A DNA stretch of 64,000 nt from Syntrophorhabdaceae bacterium. Its GTDB lineage: Bacteria; Desulfobacterota; Syntrophorhabdia; Syntrophorhabdales; Syntrophorhabdaceae. Both the position numbers and the translations under genes were made by a program. The stretch spans positions 4,672,001 to 4,736,000 of the forward strand of contig OY762209.1 of NCBI GenBank assembly GCA_963665295.1, given 5' to 3'. Shown piece by piece: positions 59,942-64,000 of the stretch (the stretch's first letter is position 1; every line of letters begins with the position of its first letter). The notes beneath the pieces are model-generated. The model was not told the DNA's origin, searched no databases, and saw nothing but the letters and a program-made list of their open reading frames with translations.

Positions 59942-60874
59942 TCATTTTTTCTTCTGCCCTCCCGAAAGGGATTTCATCGTTTTCGACGCGAGGATTGCCG
60001 ACGCCTTTCCTATGGCGTCCGTTCCTGATTTCTTCTCGTTGCTCCCGAAACCCAGCACATCCCTTACCGCGAACGATCCCGCCCCTCCACGAGCTTTATA
60101 CACGCGGATTGTCCCTTCGGCCCGCGAGGAATATATCTGTCTCGTCTCCTCGCTGAACACGGCTCCTACCCTTCCTTCAACTACGGCGCTTACGAGAAAA
60201 TAGACGAGAAACCGGTCCACAGCCTCGGCATCGCCGGAATGGAGAGCAGGCAGAACACCTCCCGAATGGCCGTCGGTCAACGCTCCCGGATCCACCCTCC
60301 CGTATCCCTTCTTGATTGCCAGGGATGCAAGGTGACGGTCCAGGGTTCGGCTGTCGGATGGTTTCCCGTCCCACCTGTCCGACGTAATTATGATCACCCG
60401 TTTTGCGAGAGGAAGTCCCCTGATAAGAATGTCCTCCGCACGGTCCCTTGCGAGCTTTGTCTTCATAAAGACCGTATACAGGTCCGGTTCGGGCTGCTGT
60501 TCGCCCGTTATCTCTGTTTCCGTGAGAATAGAACCCTTTTTCGGTATGAGGATCCTGAGAACCGTTTCCTTTTCCCGGGAGAGCACCACCGGATGAATCA
60601 ACGGTCGTACCGCTTCGATAAGGGCATTCCGTTGTGCATCTTCCACGGCTCTCACCCGCGCATGGGGTCCGTTTTCCCCCTGCCTCACCCGCGCTTTCCC
60701 TTCGACGGTGACCGTTTCAGGAACCAGATGGGAACCTCCGGGACTCTGAACAAAAACCTCTTGCCCGACGTTCGCCCGGCACAGGGCAAAATAACCGGTA
60801 CACAGGAATAAGGCCACCGTCAGAATAACCCGGAACCTCAATCCCTTACTTCTTGATTTCTCGTCCATGCTCAC
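59942..60874 (-). CDS. Exported protein with FlgT-N/LPP20-like domain
   Basis: Signal/TM, VTVEGKA..ARVRAVEDAQRNALIEAV. Confidence 0.6.
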   Translation of the reverse strand: MSMDEKSRSKGLRFRVILTVALFLCTGYFALCRANVGQEVFVQSPGGSHLVPETVTVEGKARVRQGENGPHARVRAVEDAQRNALIEAVRPLIHPVVLSREKETVLRILIPKKGSILTETEITGEQQPEPDLYTVFMKTKLARDRAEDILIRGLPLAKRVIIITSDRWDGKPSDSRTLDRHLASLAIKKGYGRVDPGALTDGHSGGVLPALHSGDAEAVDRFLVYFLVSAVVEGRVGAVFSEETRQIYSSRAEGTIRVYKARGGAGSFAVRDVLGFGSNEKKSGTDAIGKASAILASKTMKSLSGGQKKK

Positions 60875-60966
60875 GCCCTTTGAAGTCTTTATGGATATCC
60901 GCGGAGGCGCCTGAGGGTCGGCAACCCCATCGCCCCTTTCCTCCGGAACTTCCGCTCTTAATGAGA

Positions 60967-60991
60967 AGACGGTTTAGTCCCCTGTTTTTCT
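60967..60991 (-). promoter_or_regulatory. Putative ECF promoter at the head of the operon that contains the sigma gene
   Basis: GAGAA AAACAGGGGACTAAA CCGTCT. Confidence 0.65.
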
Positions 60992-61098
60992 CGAATTATT
61001 CTTTGATTGGTGGTTACAGCTTTGAACAGAAGAAAAGGTGTGGAAAATTCCCCAATGATGCTTATAGTCTTTATAAAACCACGAAGGAGGCGTTCAAA

Positions 61099-61284
61099 AT
61101 GAGAGTGAAGATATTTACCGGCAACGGCATCGTGCGCGATTTGGAGAATGAAATCAACCAGTGGTTATCCACGAACCCGGTCAAGGTGGTCGACATAAAG
61201 CAAAGCTACACCTGCGACAGCAAGTCCTGTTACGCCATGATGTCGGTCTGGTTTGAGAGCACCGAGAATATCAACGAGATATAG
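61099..61284 (+). CDS. 61-aa protein, Cse60-like
   Basis: RBS AAGGAGG; MRVKIF..LENEINQWL..VVDIKQS. Confidence 0.7.
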   Translation: MRVKIFTGNGIVRDLENEINQWLSTNPVKVVDIKQSYTCDSKSCYAMMSVWFESTENINEI

Positions 61285-61343
61285 AGAACGGACATGTACA
61301 AGCTGCCCGGGACGGTTCCCCGTCTCCGGGCGGCTTGTACCGG

Positions 61344-61718
61344 CTATCCCCCGGAAAGCATCGTGAAACGCGGAGCCTCCAGCATCTCAATCTCTTCCAT
61401 GCCTTTCTCCTGTTTCTGGCGGAGAAGAGAAACCAGCATACCGTAGCTCGTAATCTGCCAACCGTTGATCACCCTCCACACTTCGGGGTTATTCCAATCC
61501 CACGATTTTGTGTCCCCGATCTCCACAACCCTGGTTTGTTTTGTCTCGCCATCGAGCACCCTTAACCTGATGCTGAGGTCCGCAATCCCCGAGATCCCAC
61601 TCTCCGCGCCTTTACCGTCCACCACCGTGGACACCATCCTGAGGTCGTCGCCCTCATCCGCGCCTTTCACACCGAAGAAACTGTCTTTTGTCTCCGCCAC
61701 GTAGATCCTCCGTTTCAT
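61344..61718 (-). CDS. Hypothetical protein
   Basis: Open frame downstream of moeB; no recognised motif. Confidence 0.45.
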   Translation of the reverse strand: MKRRIYVAETKDSFFGVKGADEGDDLRMVSTVVDGKGAESGISGIADLSIRLRVLDGETKQTRVVEIGDTKSWDWNNPEVWRVINGWQITSYGMLVSLLRQKQEKGMEEIEMLEAPRFTMLSGG

Positions 61719-61803
61719 TAATGGGGCCTGCGACAACCCGTGCCGTCGGCAAGACCGGCAAACCCTTTTTCTTTTCCACCGGCTTGCGCCGTTTTCTTCC
61801 TGG

Positions 61804-62955
61804 TCAGCCCTTTTGACATTCACCGCCGCCCGCGTCCGCGAGTCCGGTTATCTCGGGTTTTGTCCCGCAGAGGGGACAGGCCGGGTTCTTCCCGGTTTCT
61901 ATAATCCTCACCGTGAGGTTAAGGGCGTTATATACGTAGAACTTTCCTATCATCAACGTTCCCGTTTCAAGGATTATCTTTATTACCTCCGTGGCCTGAA
62001 CCAGGCCGATCTGTCCGGGGACAACCCCAAGGACCCCTGCCTCGCTTCAGGTAGGCGCGAGGTGACGGGGAGGAGGCTTGGGGAACAGGCACCTCAGGCA
62101 CGGCCCTTCCTTTTGCGGCCAGAATACGCCTGCCTGCCCGTCAAACCCTACAGCCCCACCGAAAACGAAGGGCTTGCCCGCAAAGTAACACGCGTCATTG
62201 AGGAGGAACTTCGTGTCCAGACTGTCCGTCGCGTCCATGACAACATCGAATTTATTCATGATTTCGAGGGCGTTCTCCCGAGTAAGACGTTCCCTGAAGG
62301 GGATGACTTTTACGTCGGGATTAATCCGCTCCATTGCATCCTTCGCGGAGTCCACTTTGAGCCTGCCCACATCGCCTGATCCGTGGATTACCTGCCTGTT
62401 GAGGTTCGAGAGGTCCACCCTGTCGAAATCGACTATGCCTATAGTCCCCACGCCGCACGCGGCAAGATAGAGCAGGGCCGAGGACGCAAGGCCACCCGCG
62501 CCCACTACAAGGACTTTGGCATTCCAGAGTTTCAACTGGCCTTCTTCACCGACCTCCTTAAGGAGCATGTTCCTGCTGTAGCGGTTGAGTTGGTGGACAT
62601 TGAATCGGCTGTCCGATACAATCTCACCGCCGCCGCCCAGCCACGCATCATAGCCTCCGGCGAGGGAGCGGGCGTTGCCGAAGCCCATCTTTCTCAGTTT
62701 CTCCGCGGCAAGAATCGAACGGTCGCCTACAGCGCAATACACCACGATGGGTACGCTCCTGTCGCCCGACAGCTTGTTCGACTCTCCTTCGATGAGGCCG
62801 GGGGCCACAAAACGGGCGCCTTTGATATAGCCCAGGTAAATCTCCCTGCTTCCTCTGATGTCTATGGGTATCACCCGTTCATCCGAATTAAAAAGGTCCA
62901 TCGCCTCTTCAACGGAAATCTCAAGATCGGGTATGGTGGTTTCGGACTTATCCAT
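61804..62955 (-). CDS. moeB: Rhodanese-MoeB/ThiF fusion, probable selenoprotein (TGA 62047-62049), 383 aa
   Basis: Rhodanese YCAVGDRS; RYSR, GAGGL, SNLNRQ, CLRC; read-through gives LAPT-U-SEAGVLGVVPGQIGLVQATEVIK...NPACPLCG and restores the second CxxC. Confidence 0.88.
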
Positions 62956-63225
62956 AGTTCACACCTCGTCCAAGGCAGCACCCCGACCCGGCTGCCTTCA
63001 TAGTTCCGGCTCCGCGGGCTCCCCTCGGGAATGTATATTTTTATCCTCTTGGTGCGGGCAGAGAGGCGAAGCGGTCGGCAGTTGCCTCAATGTGATGTTC
63101 TCCGATCCGCTGAATTGCGAGGATACTGTCAGGACCTCCTGAAGAATGATATGGCCCCAAGGCCGTAATCTTTATACCAGTTTCACGGGTCACTGTCAAC
63201 TAATACTATGGCGCCACTATACTAT

Positions 63226-63603
63226 TCAAATGGACGGCACGAGCCATTCTCTGGCCCTCCGGGTATTATCAAAAGCCTTTACCTGGAAGCCTCTGTTTAT
63301 GCATACCGTTTCGTAGAATTGAAAATCGCCGTAATCTTCCTTCAGACCCGACGCAACCACTGCGATCATCATGGTTGCGGGAATGCCCAGGGATTCATAA
63401 AGCTTTGGCAGACCATATATATCCACCAGATTGACCGCGGGCTCCAGTTGACCGATCTCGACAAGGGCCTTGCAGGATTCATGACTCTTGATTAAGCGAC
63501 TTCCTTCGATGGTGGCAGTCTCCACATCGTCAATAGTTATCTTTCCGTGGCACTTCAGGAGTATCATCTTCTCCTCACGGGAATAGTCAACTTCAATAGG
63601 CAT
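63226..63603 (-). CDS. STAS/SpoIIAA-like small protein
   Basis: GKITIDD..IAVV..FYETVCINRG..KAFDNTRRAREWL; RBS GAGGGG. Confidence 0.65.
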   Translation of the reverse strand: MPIEVDYSREEKMILLKCHGKITIDDVETATIEGSRLIKSHESCKALVEIGQLEPAVNLVDIYGLPKLYESLGIPATMMIAVVASGLKEDYGDFQFYETVCINRGFQVKAFDNTRRAREWLVPSI

Positions 63604-63697
63604 TACCGTCCCCCTCAGGTTTCAAACGTTTCGGCTTGAGACAATTTTTGTGTGCGAAGAATGAATGATAACAGGTAAAAACGGGTTATGTCAATTG

Positions 63698-64000
63698 TCA
63701 GGCGGAGGGGTGTTTGACCTCAAAGTGAATTGCCGTGTCTCCCACGGTAATTACGGCGGCCTCCGAAAGGGGGTATTCGACCCCGGGGTCCAACCTGTAT
63801 TCGTTCACAAAGGTGCCGTGGAGCGAGTTAAGGTCTTCAACAGCGTATAAACCGTCGCGGAAGGATATTTTCATGTGTATGTCTGAAATGTTCTCCCCCT
63901 TGAGGATGACGGCGTTCGTGCTTCTTGTGCCGGCGGTAATCTCTCTCATGAGAATAATGTATTCGTCCCTCACCACGGGGTTTCCGGACTTCACGGTCAT
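63698..64000 (-). CDS. FHA-domain protein, C-terminal part (may extend beyond the window)
   Basis: ISDIH, VEDLNSLHGTFVN. Confidence 0.75.
   Translation of the reverse strand: MTVKSGNPVVRDEYIILMREITAGTRSTNAVILKGENISDIHMKISFRDGLYAVEDLNSLHGTFVNEYRLDPGVEYPLSEAAVITVGDTAIHFEVKHPSA

Noticed and set aside
52029..60874. Type VI secretion regulatory module (Fha/PpkA/PppA)
   Set aside because: No tss, hcp or vgrG genes in the window; the DUF3662-like FHA plus SEDS/PBP context fits the actinobacterial-type locus better
61804..61806. Second Sec at the terminal TGA of moeB
   Set aside because: Lies after the complete MoeB domain, is not at a conserved Cys, and read-through gives no recognisable sequence

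Overview
64 kb from an anaerobic Gram-negative bacterium. Gene content (class II benzoyl-CoA reductase, Hdr/Mvh modules, TolC/RND) suggests a Syntrophorhabdus-like Desulfobacterota aromatic degrader; this is inference. Left to right: mdtA/mdtB RND efflux, tolC-macA-macB-type ABC efflux, ttcA, a flavodoxin-family gene, hdrC-hdrB-orf-hdrA(large)-mvhD-metV-metF, a MocR regulator with a DUF2917 gene, an orphan integrase at tRNA-Ala(GGC), aminotransferase-iorA-like-iorB, trpB2 under a 4-Trp leader-peptide attenuator, tRNA-Leu(TAA), a complete bamBCDEFGHI operon with adjacent moeA, radical-SAM and P-loop genes, a ~16 kb signalling/cell-wall cluster, and rhodanese-moeB. Main results: (1) the 45-61 kb cluster has an actinobacterial-style fhaA-fhaB-PP2C-kinase-rodA-pbpA module plus a LysM lytic transglycosylase, an ECF sigma, a ZAS anti-sigma, a peptidase, a second kinase, and SPFH, CsgG-like and FlgT-like genes. 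One promoter-like motif (AGAA-N15-CCGTCT) precedes four of its transcription units. (2) Four genes split or truncated in the ORF track (mvhD, bamF, bamE, moeB) have an in-frame TGA at a conserved Cys followed by a SECIS-like hairpin, so they are probable selenoproteins. (3) The trp attenuator leader looks leaderless. No CRISPR array or rRNA was seen. Family assignments are by motif recognition; no searches were run.
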